Notes: a model not told the origin generated them from the sequence alone. A stretch of DNA of 64,000 nucleotides from Octopus sinensis (GCF_006345805.1 NC_042999.1:144894001-144958000), one strand, 5' to 3'; shown: positions 48,803 through 63,056, numbered from the stretch's first letter. Translations and numbers: made by a program.

Positions 48803-49553
48803 GCTCCTCCATGTTTAACAGTTGGAAGAAGACAGTCTGGGTCAAATGCTTCTTTTGGCTGTCTCCACACGTATACTCAGCCGGTAGTCAGAAATAAGGT
48901 AAAGGATGACTCATTCAAGAAAATAACATTCTTCCACTGCTCTTGGGACTAATTCTATAGGTTTTTACTCCACTCTAAATGCTTTGTAACGTTTGTTTTT
49001 GAAAGTAGTGGTTTTCTGATTGCAGCCCTCCTGTGAAATCTGGCTTTGTGCAGCTCCTGGCTAGCAGTTTTTGTGGAAACTGGGTTCTTGAGGTGGTCAT
49101 TAAGCTCTGCAGTAATTTTGGGAGCTGTACTTTTGTGATCCTTTCTAACAACTCGTGTAAGAGTCCGACAGTCCCTATCTGAAACTTTTGGTTTTCTTTT
49201 GGAGTTTTGTTTTGACGAGGAGGTTTTTCCTTCTTTTTCAAAAGCTGTTATTACTTTCGAGACAGTACTTCTTGATACACCAAACATTTTGGCTGTTTCC
49301 ATTACGCTAGCGCCTGCTATATGAGCACCAATAATTTGATCTCTTTCAAAGTCCGATAGATCTGTCATTTTAATGAATTTTAATTACCTTTTTCTGATGA
49401 TATCTGAAAAGAAACTGCAAATTTAGCAAAATTAAGCAACACTAATAATAAATCAAAAAGCATAAAAATAAATAAGCGTTTGACTGTTTTATAGATTTTT
49501 CGAAATTATGATGCTATGATGCTAGGTGTTTCCATTATTTTGTCCGACCCCTG
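48803..49553 (-). mobile_element. Tc1-like transposon, 3'-truncated, dead transposase
   Basis: TA + TIR CAGGGGTCGGACAAAATAATGG at 49553; ORF MTDLSDFERDQIIG..FGVSRSTVSKV (HTH); after the stop, QWKNVIFLNESSF..VWR..DCLLPTVKHGG. Confidence 0.88.
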
Positions 49554-49836
49554 TATAAATATGTACATATATAAATGTACAAGATCTGGCTTGAAAATGA
49601 TGAGGATTAGCATCGGAAATGGCATCCATCCATAAGAAATCTGTGTCAAATAATTTCTTCAGATCCATGCAAGCTTAAAATAGTAGGGGTTAACATGGTG
49701 GTGATGATAAGGAAGGGCTTCTGTCTCCATCTCACACCTCTATCTTCACTTGTGAAGTATTGGTTGACCTTGCTATAGTACATGACTATCATACAGGACA
49801 CCAATGTATGTATATATGTGTATATATATACATATA

Positions 49837-50225
49837 CTCTTTTACTCTTTTAATTGTTTCAGTCATGTGACTGGCCATGTTGGAGCACCGCCTTTAGTCG
49901 AGCAAACCGACCCCAGGATTTATTCTTTGTAAGCCTAGTACTTATTCTATCGGTCTCTTTTTGCCGAACCACTAAATTACGTAAACGTAAACATACCAGC
50001 ATCAGTTGTCAAGCGATTTTGGGGGGACAAACACAGACACATAACCATATACACACACATGCATACATATATATATATACATATATACGACAGGCTTCTT
50101 TCAGTTTCTGTCCACCAAATCCACTCACAAGGCTTTGGTTGACCCGAGGCTATAGTAGAAGACACTGAACCCAGAACCATGTGGTTTGTAAGCAAGCTAC
50201 TTACCACACAGCCACTCCTACGCCT
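49837..50225 (-). mobile_element. tRNA-derived SINE with internal deletion
   Basis: Same family as 46637-47025. Confidence 0.85.
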
Positions 50226-50248
50226 ATATATATATATATATATATATA

Positions 50249-52948
50249 TGAATTAAAATTCAAGGTATGACCTCTTGAGTCACATCTGTTTATTCCAGTA
50301 TTCCAAATCCATATGTAGATTTGTTTAAGGTATGCATAAAAGTTGAAAATTCTGGAAAATATTTTAATATTTTCCACAGAGGCACAGGTGTGGCTTTGTG
50401 GTAAGAAGCTTGCTTCCTAACCACATGATTTCAGGTTCAGTCACACTGTGCAGTACCTTGGGCAAGTGTCTTCTATAGCCTCAAGCCAACCAAAGTCTTG
50501 TGAGTGGATTTGTTAGAGAGAAACTGGAAGAAGTCTGTCATATATATATATGTATATATTTGTGTTTGTCTGTGTTTGCCTCCCAGCATCAACTTGACAA
50601 CTGATGCTGGTGTGTTTATGTCCCCATAACTTAGCGGTTCAGCACAAGACATTGATACTAGGCTTACAAAGAGGGTTTTAGTCGAAGAAATCAACCCTAA
50701 GAATTCTTGGGGTTTATTTCTTCGACTAAAACCCATAAGTGGGATGGTTACACCACTGGCATAGTCCACGGGTTATGGTCTCACTTGGCTTGCAGGGTCT
50801 TCTCAAGCACAGCATATTTCCAAAGGTCTCGGTCACTAGTCATTGCCTCGGTGAGGCCTAATGTTCGAAGGTCGTGCTTCACCACCTCATCCCAGGTCTT
50901 TCAGGGACTACCTCTTCCACAGGTACCCTCAACCGCTAGGGTGTGACACTTTTTCTGAATATATTAAACCACGGTTTACCCTTAAATTACCAACTACTGT
51001 TAGCCTTACAACAAGGCCCATACATAGTTAGGTAATGCACCAGTATGGATACATTTATCCCTTAGACGGTTGCCTAACCTCTAACTTATAATTTCTTTCT
51101 CTCTCTCTCTCACACACATACACACACATACACATATATATATATATATGAATTAAAATTCAAGGTATGACCTCTTGAGTCACATCTGTTTATTCCAGTA
51201 TTCCAAATCCATATGTAGATTTGTTTAAGGTATGCATAAAAGTTGAAAATTCTGGAAAATATTTTAATATTTTCCACAGAGGCACAGGTGTGGCTTTGTG
51301 GTAAGAAGCTTGCTTCCTAACCACATGATTTCAGGTTCAGTCACACTGTGCAGTACCTTGGGCAAGTGTCTTCTATAGCCTCAAGCCAACCAAAGTCTTG
51401 TGAGTGGATTTGTTAGAGAGAAACTGGAAGAAGTCTGTCATATATATATATGTATATATTTGTGTTTGTCTGTGTTTGCCTCCCAGCATCAACTTGACAA
51501 CTGATGCTGGTGTGTTTATGTCCCCATAACTTAGCGGTTCAGCACAAGACATTGATACTAGGCTTACAAAGAGGGTTTTAGTCGAAGAAATCAATCCTAA
51601 GAATTCTTGGGGTTTATTTCTTCGACTAAAACCCATAAGTGGGATGGTTACACCACTGGCATAGTCCTTGGGTTATGGTCTCACTTGGCTTGCAGGGTCT
51701 TCTCAAGCACAGCATATTTCCAAAGGTCTCGGTCACTAGTCATTGCCTCGGTGAGGCCTAATGTTCGAAGGTCGTGCTTCACCACCTCATCCCAGGTCTT
51801 TCAGGGACTACCTCTTCCACAGGTACCCTCAACCGCTAGGGTGTGACACTTTTTCTGAATATATTAAACCACGGTTTACCCTTAAATTACCAACTACTGT
51901 TAGCCTTACAACAAGGCCCATACATAGTTAGGTAATGCACCAGTATGGATACATTTATCCCTTAGACGGTTGCCTAACCTCTAACTTATAATTTCTTTCT
52001 CTCTCTCTCTCACACACATACACACACATACACATATATATATATATATGAATTAAAATTCAAGGTATGACCTCTTGAGTCACATCTGTTTATTCCAGTA
52101 TTCCAAATCCATATGTAGATTTGTTTAAGGTATGCATAAAAGTTGAAAATTCTGGAAAATATTTTAATATTTTCCACAGAGGCACAGGTGTGGCTTTGTG
52201 GTAAGAAGCTTGCTTCCTAACCACATGATTTCAGGTTCAGTCACACTGTGCAGTACCTTGGGCAAGTGTCTTCTATAGCCTCAAGCCAACCAAAGTCTTG
52301 TGAGTGGATTTGTTAGAGAGAAACTGGAAGAAGTCTGTCATATATATATATGTATATATTTGTGTTTGTCTGTGTTTGCCTCCCAGCATCAACTTGACAA
52401 CTGATGCTGGTGTGTTTATGTCCCCATAACTTAGCGGTTCAGCACAAGACATTGATACTAGGCTTACAAAGAGGGTTTTAGTCGAAGAAATCAACCCTAA
52501 GAATTCTTGGGGTTTATTTCTTCGACTAAAACCCATAAGTGGGATGGTTACACCACTGGCATAGTCCACGGGTTATGGTCTCACTTGGCTTGCAGGGTCT
52601 TCTCAAGCACAGCATATTTCCAAAGGTCTCGGTCACTAGTCATTGCCTCGGTGAGGCCTAATGTTCGAAGGTCGTGCTTCACCACCTCATCCCAGGTCTT
52701 TCAGGGACTACCTCTTCCACAGGTACCCTCAACCGCTAGGGTGTGACACTTTTTCTGAATATATTAAACCACGGTTTACCCTTAAATTACCAACTACTGT
52801 TAGCCTTACAACAAGGCCCATACATAGTTAGGTAATGCACCAGTATGGATACATTTATCCCTTAGACGGTTGCCTAACCTCTAACTTATAATTTCTTTCT
52901 CTCTCTCTCTCACACACATACACACACATACACATATATATATATATA
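50249..52948. repeat. Tandem triplication of a 900-bp unit (SINE + RTE 3' fragment)
   Basis: Units start at 50249, 51149 and 52049; near-identical. Confidence 0.95.
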
Positions 52949-52959
52949 CAACTGATGTC

Positions 52960-53310
52960 CAATATTTTAAATCTGAGTTTGTCCCCATTAATGGGGGTGG
53001 TTAGATCTACCTCATTCTTACAGCAGCTGGTCTCATACCATCTCGCCATCTCACCTGGTTTTGGGCATTCTCCCTCCTTAAGCCAACCCTCCCAATCTCC
53101 TTCTCCACCTGTTCTCCTCTTTGGTTCTTTGGTTGACCTTGCTTTCGCAGTTTATTCACTCTAAATTTAAGCACTCTCCTCAGAACATGTTCTTCATTCT
53201 TCCTCAACACATGTCCATACTACCACACTCCACACTCCTCAACACATGTCCATACTACCAATTCCTCCAACCCCAGCATCCCCAGTAAGTCCTCCACCCT
53301 CCTTTTATCC
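52960..53310 (-). mobile_element. RTE-like C-terminal remnant
   Basis: WYGHVLRKNEEHVLRRVL..RKQGQPK. Confidence 0.6.
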
Positions 53311-53329
53311 AATGTATATATATATATTT

Positions 53330-53678
53330 TATTCTTTTATTTGTTTCAGTCATTTGACTGTGGCCATGCTAGAGCACCGCCTTTAGTTGAGCAAATCGAC
53401 CCCAGGATTTATTCTTTGTAAGCCTAGTACTTATTCTATCGGTCTCTTTTGCCAAACCACTAAGTTACGGGGTCCTAAACACACCAACATCGTTTGTCAA
53501 GCACAGACACACAAACATATACATATATATGACGGGTTTCTTTCAGTTTCCGTCTCACAAAGCTTTGGTTGGCCTGATGCTATAGTAGAAGACACTTGCC
53601 CAAGCTGTCACGCAGTGGGTCTGAACTCAGAACCTTGTGGTTGGTAAGCAAGCTACTTACCACACAGCCACTCCTGCA
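53330..53678 (-). mobile_element. tRNA-derived SINE
   Basis: Same family as 46637-47025. Confidence 0.85.
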
Positions 53679-54269
53679 TATATATATATATGCATGCATA
53701 TATGTATATATATGTGTGTGAATATATATACATATGTGTGTGTGTGTATATTCAAAATTAATTGAAATGAAGGTAGTGTGTTTTAGCAGAAATATAGTAA
53801 CAAAAGGGTTAACATACAGTCAGAGGAGGAGGAAAAAATTTCACCAATATATTTTTGTAGATCTGGAATTTTGTCAGTTGTTGAATAACTAAGCTGAATG
53901 TATAGAGGAATATCTGCTATCAAAGACTTTTGATACACTTTATGCAAACATTTCAGAAATACCTATAGGATAAGTGTAAACATCGGACAAGCACATTATC
54001 CCCTCCCATAAGAGTTCAATATATGTTGCGCATTTAATAAATCCACATACAAGGGTGATTTATAGTGACTGTTATTATTATTCCTTTCCCGTTATTAAAT
54101 GTAGAAACTTGATGTAATGGAATAAATGTACATGAATTACATGAATTACCTCCCTTACATTACATTGTACTTTGTTTTAAACTTGGAATTTATTTAATTT
54201 TATACGTTATGATATATTGCCATTCTTCAGAATTGAACGTTAATATTATTTTTATTTCCTTTTTATCAC

Positions 54270-55888
54270 AGGTTTTGTCGGAACTCCTGGAGTGGTACAT
54301 GCATAGTGGGCTTGCTACCTGCAGCCTATTGTAACATGCTATCCGTTCTTTTCAACAATCTAATACTTTACTGATTATTCTGGCCGTGCCAAGGAGGCAA
54401 ACCTTCTGTTACAGTTCTATTAGGCATTCTATTTCAATTTCCGTCCCCTTAATGCCTTCTGATACTGTCCCCAAGGACCTAACAATAACTGGCACTATCT
54501 ACACCTTCTTCATTTTCTATAGGCGGGCTATTTCGTACTTAAGAAGGCTGTATTTATCTATTTTTTCGCCTTCCATCAATGCAGACGACATCAAGCTGTA
54601 CCTTGAAATCAAGAGGACAGATCCTGTTGTCTACAGCTCTTTCCTGCAATCAGACCTGGACACAATGCAGCAATGGATCACAGACTGGCAACTGAAACTG
54701 GCTGTGGACAAGTGTACCACCATGCATTTTGGGAGAAAAAACCCTGCATCCACATACTCCCTCCACAACACTGATATCAAGAAATCCTTTTGCGAGCATG
54801 ACCTAGGCATCACTGTCAGCAGTGATTTGCGTTGGACAAAGCATAGCTCTAAAATTGTCAAGAAGGCCGAGGGTGTCTTGGCATCACTCAGCAAGACTTT
54901 TGTTAGCCGCTCTCCAGCCATCTATTTAAAACTGTATACAGCTATGGTACGACCATACTTGGAATTCGCATCATCAGTTTGGAACCGCTATCTTGCTCAG
55001 AACATTGACCTCCTGGAATCTGTTCAGAGACGTGCAACCAAACGCATAACCTCCATCAGACACCTACCATATTCTGAGCGCCTTGTTTCCCTGGGCATGG
55101 ATTCACTGAAGCTCCGGTGTATGGCGACGGACTTGGTAAACGCCCACAAAGTTATCAACCACCTCACCAATAACAACACTGAACACCTTTTTGATCTTCA
55201 TGTGTCTAACACACATGGACATGCCTACAAAGTCAGAAAACAACACAGCTCCCATGACTTTCGGAAACATTTCTTCACGCTCAGAGTCGCTGAAGCATGG
55301 AATAAACTGCCTGCGTCAGTTATTGACTGCCATGACACTGCATCCTTTAAGGCCCTCATGCTTTCCGAAATCCGTCGAAACTACACCTGATTATATATGC
55401 ACTTTAGATGAGTTGTAGTGCACCTGAGAACTGTACACAATGTTTATTATTATTATTATTATTCATGTGTCAAATGGACATGCAACATCAACTATATAGC
55501 ACATGCGGTGCATCTTGTCCACCACCGCTAGGTCTGGTCTGTTATGCTCTAGTACCAGATCTGTTTGGATTAGGAAATCCCAGAGGATTTTCTTAGTCTT
55601 TGACTGCAGTTTCTGCCTCTCTCTTATTCCCACTTTGCGCACAGTTTCCAATAGATAGCACTTTTGCAACCTTACCATGTCGCTACAGCTTGCAGTCATT
55701 TTGGGCAAGTCTAGGGCCGTGATATGGACAATGGTTTCATCCACTGTATTACAGATGCGGAGACATTTGCTCATTCCTAAGGTTGACCCTTCAGTTCGTG
55801 GCTAAAGCTTGGTTTTGTGCTGCCAGTATAGTGCTCTCGATCCCCTTTTTTAATGTTCCTTTCTTCAGCCAATCCCACCTATGTTTAC

Positions 55889-55890
<2 letters not shown>
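54270..55890 (-). mobile_element. R4/Dong-type non-LTR retrotransposon 3' end (restriction-like endonuclease), split by a CR1 insertion
   Basis: WLKKGTLKKGIESTILAAQNQAL, ILWDFLIQTD..HNRPDL..IVDVACPFDT, then beyond the insert EKIDKY..LKYEIARL..VPVIV.SLG..QKVCLLGTARII. Confidence 0.8.
54580..55463 (+). mobile_element. CR1-type LINE, 5'-truncated at the RT catalytic motif
   Basis: ADDIKLY, QWITDWQLKLAVDKC, DLGI, LYTAMVRPYLEF, LESVQRRATK, YSERL; (TTA)n tail. Confidence 0.9.
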
Positions 55891-55947
<57 letters not shown>

Positions 55948-55962
55948 ATTATTATTATTATT

Positions 55963-56160
55963 AAGGCAGTGAACGTTAGCACACCTGGCCAAAATACTTA
56001 GCGGCATTTCGTCTGTTACTATGTTTTGAGTTCAAATTCCGCTGAGGTCGATTTTACCTTTCATCCTTTTGGGGTTGATAAAATAAGTACCAGTTGAACA
56101 CTTGAGTCGATGTAATTGATTCATCCCTACCCCCAAGCTGCCTTGTGGCAAAAATTTGAA
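55963..56160 (+). mobile_element. SINE (second family)
   Basis: GAGTTCAAATTCCGC.GAGGTCGA..TTTCATCCTTT..GGTTGATAAAATAAGTACCAG. Confidence 0.75.
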
Positions 56161-56520
56161 ATCATTATCATTATTATTAATATTATTATTATTATTTATA
56201 GTTCTAATTTGTTAAATGATATTTCTATAATACATAATTTTTGAGGGCTTTTTATTTTCATACTAAAATTTATTTCATTAAAATTAATTATCTTTTACTT
56301 GTTTAATTCATTGGACTGTGATCATGCTGGAGGTGGGGGGGGCCTAGCCGAAGGGATTAGTTGAACAAATTGACCGTGGAACTTTATTTTCTAATGTCTG
56401 GTCTTTATTCTGTTGGTAATGTTTGTTGAAGTGCAAAGTTACAGGGTCATAAAGAAACCAAGACCTGCTGTCAAGTAATGGTGGTGGTGGAACAAAGACA
56501 AACACACACACACACACACA

Positions 56521-56551
<31 letters not shown>

Positions 56552-56559
56552 CACATAAC

Positions 56560-56747
56560 AAAGGTGTTAAAAGGTATCACTTCACAAGCATTCCAGGACT
56601 GCTTCGAACAATGGAAAATGTATCTGGACTGATGCATTGCTTCAAATAGAGAATACTTTGAAGGAGGCGATAAAAGTGTAAATATGTAAAATTAAGTGAA
56701 TAAAAAAATATTGCAAAGTTCTGGTTTCCTTCGAGTACCCCCTTGTA
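56560..56747 (+). mobile_element. mariner-like 3' end remnant
   Basis: FQDCFEQWK..CIASNREYFEG followed by a TIR-like end ..TACCCCCTTG-TA. Confidence 0.55.
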
Positions 56748-57299
56748 TATGGGCATATGTACTAGTATATCTGTGTGTATGTCTGTATGTGTGTATGTGT
56801 ATTTCTCTTTCTTCCTTCACCAAGGTTGTTTGTGCTCTTCCTGATTACTATCTAAATATAAACACTCCATCCAAATGTAAAATTTGTATTATAATTTTTC
56901 TGTCTGAAGAATTTCTAATAGGAGATTCCTTGCATGTTTCTCTTACATATAAATCTTTGTAATTCCTATTAGCAAATGAAACGTGTGTAATAGAGAATAA
57001 ATAGCACCAAAAAATTTCGAATTTCCAATATGTATATATATGGATATATATCTATGAGTGTGCAGCTTTGTTTGCGTTTGTCTCCCACCTCTGCTTGATG
57101 CCTAGTGTTGGCTTGATTATGTTCCTGTAACTTAGCTGTTTGACAAAAGAGACTGATAGAATAATCACAGGCTTAAAACTGAGTACATGGGTCAATTTGT
57201 TCAACTGAAAACTTCAAGACAGTACGTCAGCATGGTGGGAGTCTAATGACTGAAATGCTGCCTTCCAGCTTACTAGCTCTGGTGTGACCAGAGTTAGCA

Positions 57300-58140
57300 A
57301 GCCAAGAGTCTGCACCCGACTTCAATCTGATTTGGCATGGTTTCTATAACTGGATGCCCTTCCTAATGTCAACCACTTTACAGAGTGTACTGGATGCTCT
57401 TTCATGACACCGCATGGGTGATTTTATGTGGCATCACATGGGCAATTTTATGTGATCCACATGGGTGCTTTTGTGTGTTGCCACACAGGTGCTTTTACAT
57501 GGCATCACCATGAGTGCTTTACACAACCAGAAAGATTGGTCTTAACACTTCTGCTGTAACATAAGAGTCTTCTTGAGTATGGCCAGGCACCAGGTATCTC
57601 AGTCGTCTTGCCTGAAAGGTTCAGCTTCCTGAAGTTGTTCTTCAGTACTTAATCCTATGTCTTCCTGGGTCTCCCACTTCCATGTGTTCCATCTACTTTG
57701 AAAGATTGGCACTTCTTTATGGAGCTGTCAGCATTCATCTGCATCACATGACCAAACCACCACAATCTCCTCTCTTGTATACAGCAAGAAATTCCTCTTA
57801 TGCCTAACTTCTCTCTCAATACACTAGCACTCTGTCAAACATGTACACTTACATTACACATCCAGTGGAGCATACTAGCCTTATTCCTTTCTAACCTTTG
57901 CATGTCCTCTGCATTTAGGGTCCACATCTCACTACCATGTAGAATTGCTGTCAATATACATGCATTAGCAAATCTTCCTTTCACTTGGAGAGAGAAACCT
58001 TTCTTGGCCAACATAGGTAGCAACTCTCTGAATTTCACCAGCCTATTATTCTAGCTATCACACTCTCTGTGCATCCTCTCTCACTACTAGTTTGATCCCC
58101 CCCTAGGTAGCAGAAATGATCTACTACCTCTAATGAGCCA
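57300..58140 (-). mobile_element. Decayed RTE LINE 3' fragment with UTR
   Basis: KFRELLPML..VKGR..ACI..AILHGSEMW..RLERN.ASML.WMC. Confidence 0.75.
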
Positions 58141-59224
58141 TGTGGCAGGTGTGCCAAGATATGCTGTCTTGGCATATAAAAACCTTAGCAATAGATTCCA
58201 CTGTAGTATACAACAAAAGAAGTATTTTATACCCCTGGGAAAATCAGTCAAGGTACATTAATAGAACAAAATCCCTGGCTCATTCTTGGATGTTCCTACA
58301 GCAAGTTGGGTATGATGAATTGCACAGAGTAGGGAAAGCTTGATGTTGATATTTATTTTGTACATAATGGCATTTTATGACTAATGGAAATGTTAGGCCA
58401 AATATACTCTGGAGAAGGCAGAGGAAGAAGTTGAAATTTCAAAGAATAATTTCAAAATTTGTAGAATTCTTCATTTTTGTTCTGATCAATTGCTAGCAGG
58501 TGAGGATTGATGAACATAGAAGTGTGCAGTGTATTAAAATGGATTTGAAAAGGGGCATCAGTTGCAGAATTATCTGAATTCTTAATGTGGTAAATATCAG
58601 TCATATACTGCAATATGTAGCTGAGATGGTATATTTCTCCAGACTAGTGGTAATTAAGCTTGAATTTGAAAGCATCAGTAAGTGGTTAAAGGTCAAAGTA
58701 AATACAGAAAACAGAACTTTTCAGCATGCATTGAAAATATTTAACACTGTGACAGGCTGCCAACAGTTCTCTTCCAAAAGTACTGTATTTTGTTACAGTC
58801 TGTTCAAGATACTTTGAGAGGAAAAAAAGCAGTTGCCATAGACTATTAATGCAATGCTAAACAATGTCGCTAATGCTGTTATCCAGCTCAATGACTAATT
58901 GATAGAGTGGTATATCGGAATTAGGATAAACCAACAAAGAATGGCAGAAGAGTGTGTATCATCAAGAGTGATGAGCCGGTTCTTACATGTTTTATTACTG
59001 AGTTGTGAAGAGTTGAAGAAAGCTTGCACCGTGGGAAATAAAATGACAATAAAAACCCATCAGCCTTAGAAACTTCCTCAGTGAAGTAAGAGAAAGAAAA
59101 TCCAATATAGATTTAATTTTCTTGTTGAGTGAATGAATTATATATTTGTCAATGAAATGTCACAGAAAAGATAAAGAAGCAACTTCAAAAAGGCATTTAC
59201 TGGGTTAATAATGATATATTGAAG

Positions 59225-59650
59225 GCACCATTCGAGTGTGATCATTACCAGCGTCACCTTACTGGCACTTGAGTCCCGTGCTAGTAGGGTGCTAAGAACA
59301 CCATCCGAGCGTGATCGTTGCTAGAGCGGCTAACTGGCTTCCATGCTGGTGGCATGTAAAAGGCACCATTCGAGCATGATCATTACCAGCATCACCTTAC
59401 TGGCACCTGTGCTGGTGGCATGTGTAAAAAGATTTGAGTGAGGTCATTACCAGTACTGCCTGACTGGCCCCCGTGCCGGTGGCATGTAAAAGCACCCACT
59501 ACACTCTTGGAGTGGTTAGCATGTAGTTGTAGAAACTCTGCCAGATCAGATTGGAGCCTGGTGCAGCCATCTGGTTCGCCAGACCTCAGTCAAATCGTCC
59601 AACCCATGCTAGCATGGAAAGCAGACATTAAACGATGATGATGATGATGA
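59225..59650 (+). mobile_element. RTE 3'-tail-derived repeat with (GAT)n tail
   Basis: GGTGGCATGTAAAAGCACCCACTACACTC...CCAACCCATGCTAGCATGGAAAG. Confidence 0.8.
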
Positions 59651-60929
59651 TTGAAAAAGAAGTGGAAATGATTTTCATGTTCATCATCAGATGTGCTGGC
59701 AGCTAACAGATCATAAACATAGGTATAAATGAAAGACAAATTACTGCAGTGAAAAAGAATTAGAATGACTATGCAACACTTTTTAAACTGAAAGGCATTT
59801 AAAGAATCCCCAAAAGGCCGAAAGTGGTAATGATTGCAATTTCATATGAATTTTATCCAGTTCATCTGTATCTGATTACATGCAAGGACAAGATCAATTG
59901 TAGGGAATGTCTTAGCATGATAAAGGAAGAGATGTTTTGTAAGTAGAAGTTTAGGGTATTTATTGGATTTAGTATGGGCTTTATGCATCCATTAGTTGCT
60001 AGAGGTCACTAGTCCTCTGCTGTTATTTTAGGAACTATATGAAGGGGTGGCAACCAGTTGCTATCAGATGGATGAATAATGACCAATTCAATTGTAGCAG
60101 GAATATTAACAATCCCAAATACCAACTAACTATCTAGAAATTGAACCTGAAATTACTGTGTTTAGATGGGAAAATAACTATAAGCACCCAACACGATCTT
60201 ATTAGAGATTGATGATATCAGCAAACAACTAGTCTTTCAAGTCTCTAGTTAACACATCAAGAACTTGTTTTAATCAGTTGTTGGGCTGGCCCTCAAAGAT
60301 GTTATAAACAACCTAACCATTTTTGTGAAACAACATATTGGAATGTTATTTATGATTTTGTCTTTGACACTTTTCCTTTATTAGGCCATCAGGTATATAT
60401 AGATGTTTTATCTGCTTACTTGACTAGTTGTGATACAGCTAAGGCTAACCTGCTAAGGAACTTATGCCACCTACTCAGATATGGAATTTGACAACTAAAA
60501 CCTACTGTCATTGCTGACACACATTTCTCATGGCCGTATATGAATTGAATATATTTTTACTGTTGTCATTTCAATTACATTTTTTTTGTTAATGATTAAA
60601 TATTGTTCTATTTGGACTTCACCCAGATTTTTGGTTTTCTGTCAATCAACAAAATATCTTGTTACAGATGGAATTCAGTCATAGCAAACTTAACTCAATC
60701 AGGAGCAAGTTGTTTTGGAAAAAGAGAAAAATGTGGTCCATCAATAACAAGGTGGATAACAGAATGGGTTACAGCTCAAGTTTTAAAAATGGGGTGAGTG
60801 ACTTCAGGGTAGTTGCAAAGGATAGTTGTGTCTAGGCTTGACAATGAAGAATTTTGGAAGATAAGCTGACAGAACATGTCTGCATGCTGACACTGGGTTC
60901 AATAAAACTAGCTATAGAATTTACCAGTC

Positions 60930-61330
60930 TATTGTTTTAACATTCCATAGAAAACCAAAATTTAAAAAAACAGTTCTGATAATTTGAATCAAGAATTTGC
61001 TGACATCTAGAATCCCTTTGAATACTGGAATAAAGTATACTTAACTCCATGTAAAAAGTGAAAACTGGAGGATGGTTTATGGCTTGTAAAAGAATAGGTG
61101 TAAGTTTCTTGTTACATTGCACCTGAGCAGTTGGTAGTATACTAACCTGTTCTTCAGTGTCTAAAAGAAAATAAGCAGCAGTAAATTGATTGGTGATGAA
61201 GGAGAGACAGTTAGGCCTATGAGTGATTGATGCAGTCACTGCTGTTAATCCCTGGCCATGTCGTTTACCTAAAGAGGAAGAAAAACTTATGGAAAAAATC
61301 AGAGGTAATTACTTTGGTAATGGTACCAAC
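60930..61330 (-). mobile_element. Gypsy-like LTR retrotransposon protease remnant
   Basis: FLLDTEEQVSILP (degenerate FLVDTGA.VS..P), LQAIN. Confidence 0.45.
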
Positions 61331-61496
61331 TTTCAGAATTAGTCAATAGCTTCTGTTGTCTCCTGTTGCCTAATTAGCAATGGAGACATGGAAGCATGTA
61401 TGTATGTATGTATGTATGTATGTATGTATGTATGTATGTATGTATGTACGTGCATATTTGTATTCGCATGTATATAGTTGCATATGTAGACATGCT

Positions 61497-61950
61497 CATC
61501 ATCAACATCATCATCGTTTAACGTCCGCTTTCCATGTTGGCATGGGTTGGACGATTTGACTGGGGACTGGTGAACCAGATGGCTGCACCAGGCTCCAATC
61601 TGATCTGGCAGAGTTTCTACAGCTGGATGCCCTTCCTAACGCCAACCACTCTGAGAGTGTAGTGGGTGCTTTTACATGCCACCGGCATGAGGGCCAGTCA
61701 GGCGGTACTGGCCATGCTCAAATGGTGTTTTTTACATACCACCTGCACAGGAGCCAGTCCAGTGGCACTGGCAACGACCTCGCTCATATTTTTTCATGTG
61801 CCAGTATGGTGGCACTGGTAACAATCACACTCGAATGGTGATTTTTACGTGCAACCGGCATGGAAGCCAGTCACCACTCAAATGGTGCTCTTAGTGCACC
61901 ACTAGCACGGATGCCAGTCATCGAATTTGATTTTGATTTCGATTTCACTT
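61497..61950 (-). mobile_element. RTE 3'-tail-derived repeat
   Basis: (CAT)n-CGTTTAACGTCCGCTTTCCATG..GGATGCCCTTCCTAACGCCAACCACT. Confidence 0.8.
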
Positions 61951-62451
61951 GCTGAACAGGTCTTTGCAAATGATAAACTTCTGGAAAGTTTTACAGATTT
62001 TTACAGTTCCAGTGATGGATTGCAATGTTTGTATGCATGTGTGTGTGTGCACGCACGCGTGTATGTATTTGTGTTGATATATGTGTATGATTGTGTGTGT
62101 TTATGTATGTGTATGTATGGTTCTGTGTATGTGTATGTGTGTGTGTGTGTGTAATGCTTTTGTATGATAGGCACCAAAGTTGATTGTTTGACCTTTCATG
62201 ATTAGTGGTGTCTGTCAATGGATGGTCAACTCTGCTGACATTTGACATCATATATCTGCCTGTTTAATCTTGTTTAAATTAAAACATGTAGGTAAAACAT
62301 CACCATCATCATCATCAGTAGCATTTTACGTCTATTTATTTTCTTGATAGCATGAGATGGATGGAAATAGATCCTTCATACAGGCCATTTGGCTCATCTA
62401 TTTCTATTCCTTAATTCATCCCACAAATATTGCAATAAACAAATTGTCATT

Positions 62452-62929
62452 CCTCCCTCCCTCCCCCTCCCTCCCCCTCCCTCCCTCCCCCTCCCTCCCT
62501 CCCTCCCCTCCCTCCCTCCCTCCCTCCCCTCCCTTCCTTCCTTCCTTCCTTCCTTCCTCCCTCCCTCCCTCCCTCCCTCACCCTCCCTCCCTTCCTTGCT
62601 TCCTTCCTTCCTTGCTTCCTTCCTTCCTTCCTCTTCCTTCCTTCCTTGCTTCCTTCTTCCTTCCTTCCTTCTTTCCTTCCGTCCTTCCTCCCCTCCCCCT
62701 CCCTCCCCTCCCTTCATTCCTTCCTTCCTTCCTTCCTTCCTTCCTCCCTTCCTTGCTTCCTTCCTTCCTTGCTTCCTTCCTTCCTTGCTTCCTTCCTTCC
62801 TTCCTTCTTTCCTTCCGTCCTTCCTCCCCTCCCCCTCCCTCCCTTCCTTCCTTCCTTCCTTCCTTCCTTCCTTCCTTCCTTCCTTCCTTCCTTCCTTCCT
62901 TCCTTCCTTCCTTCCTGCCTTCCTTCCTT
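62452..62929. repeat. (CCCT)n/(CCTT)n polypyrimidine microsatellite
   Basis: Directly visible; almost purine-free plus strand. Confidence 0.95.
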
Positions 62930-63055
62930 CTAGAATTACATGATTTTGCTATAAACATTGAGCTACAGAAATTTCAACTGAACATCACATATAAAGCTTT
63001 CACCAATCTGGAGGAGCCTGCAAAGTTTATGTGCACTGCCCCTCCACCACTACTT

Positions 63056-63056
63056 A

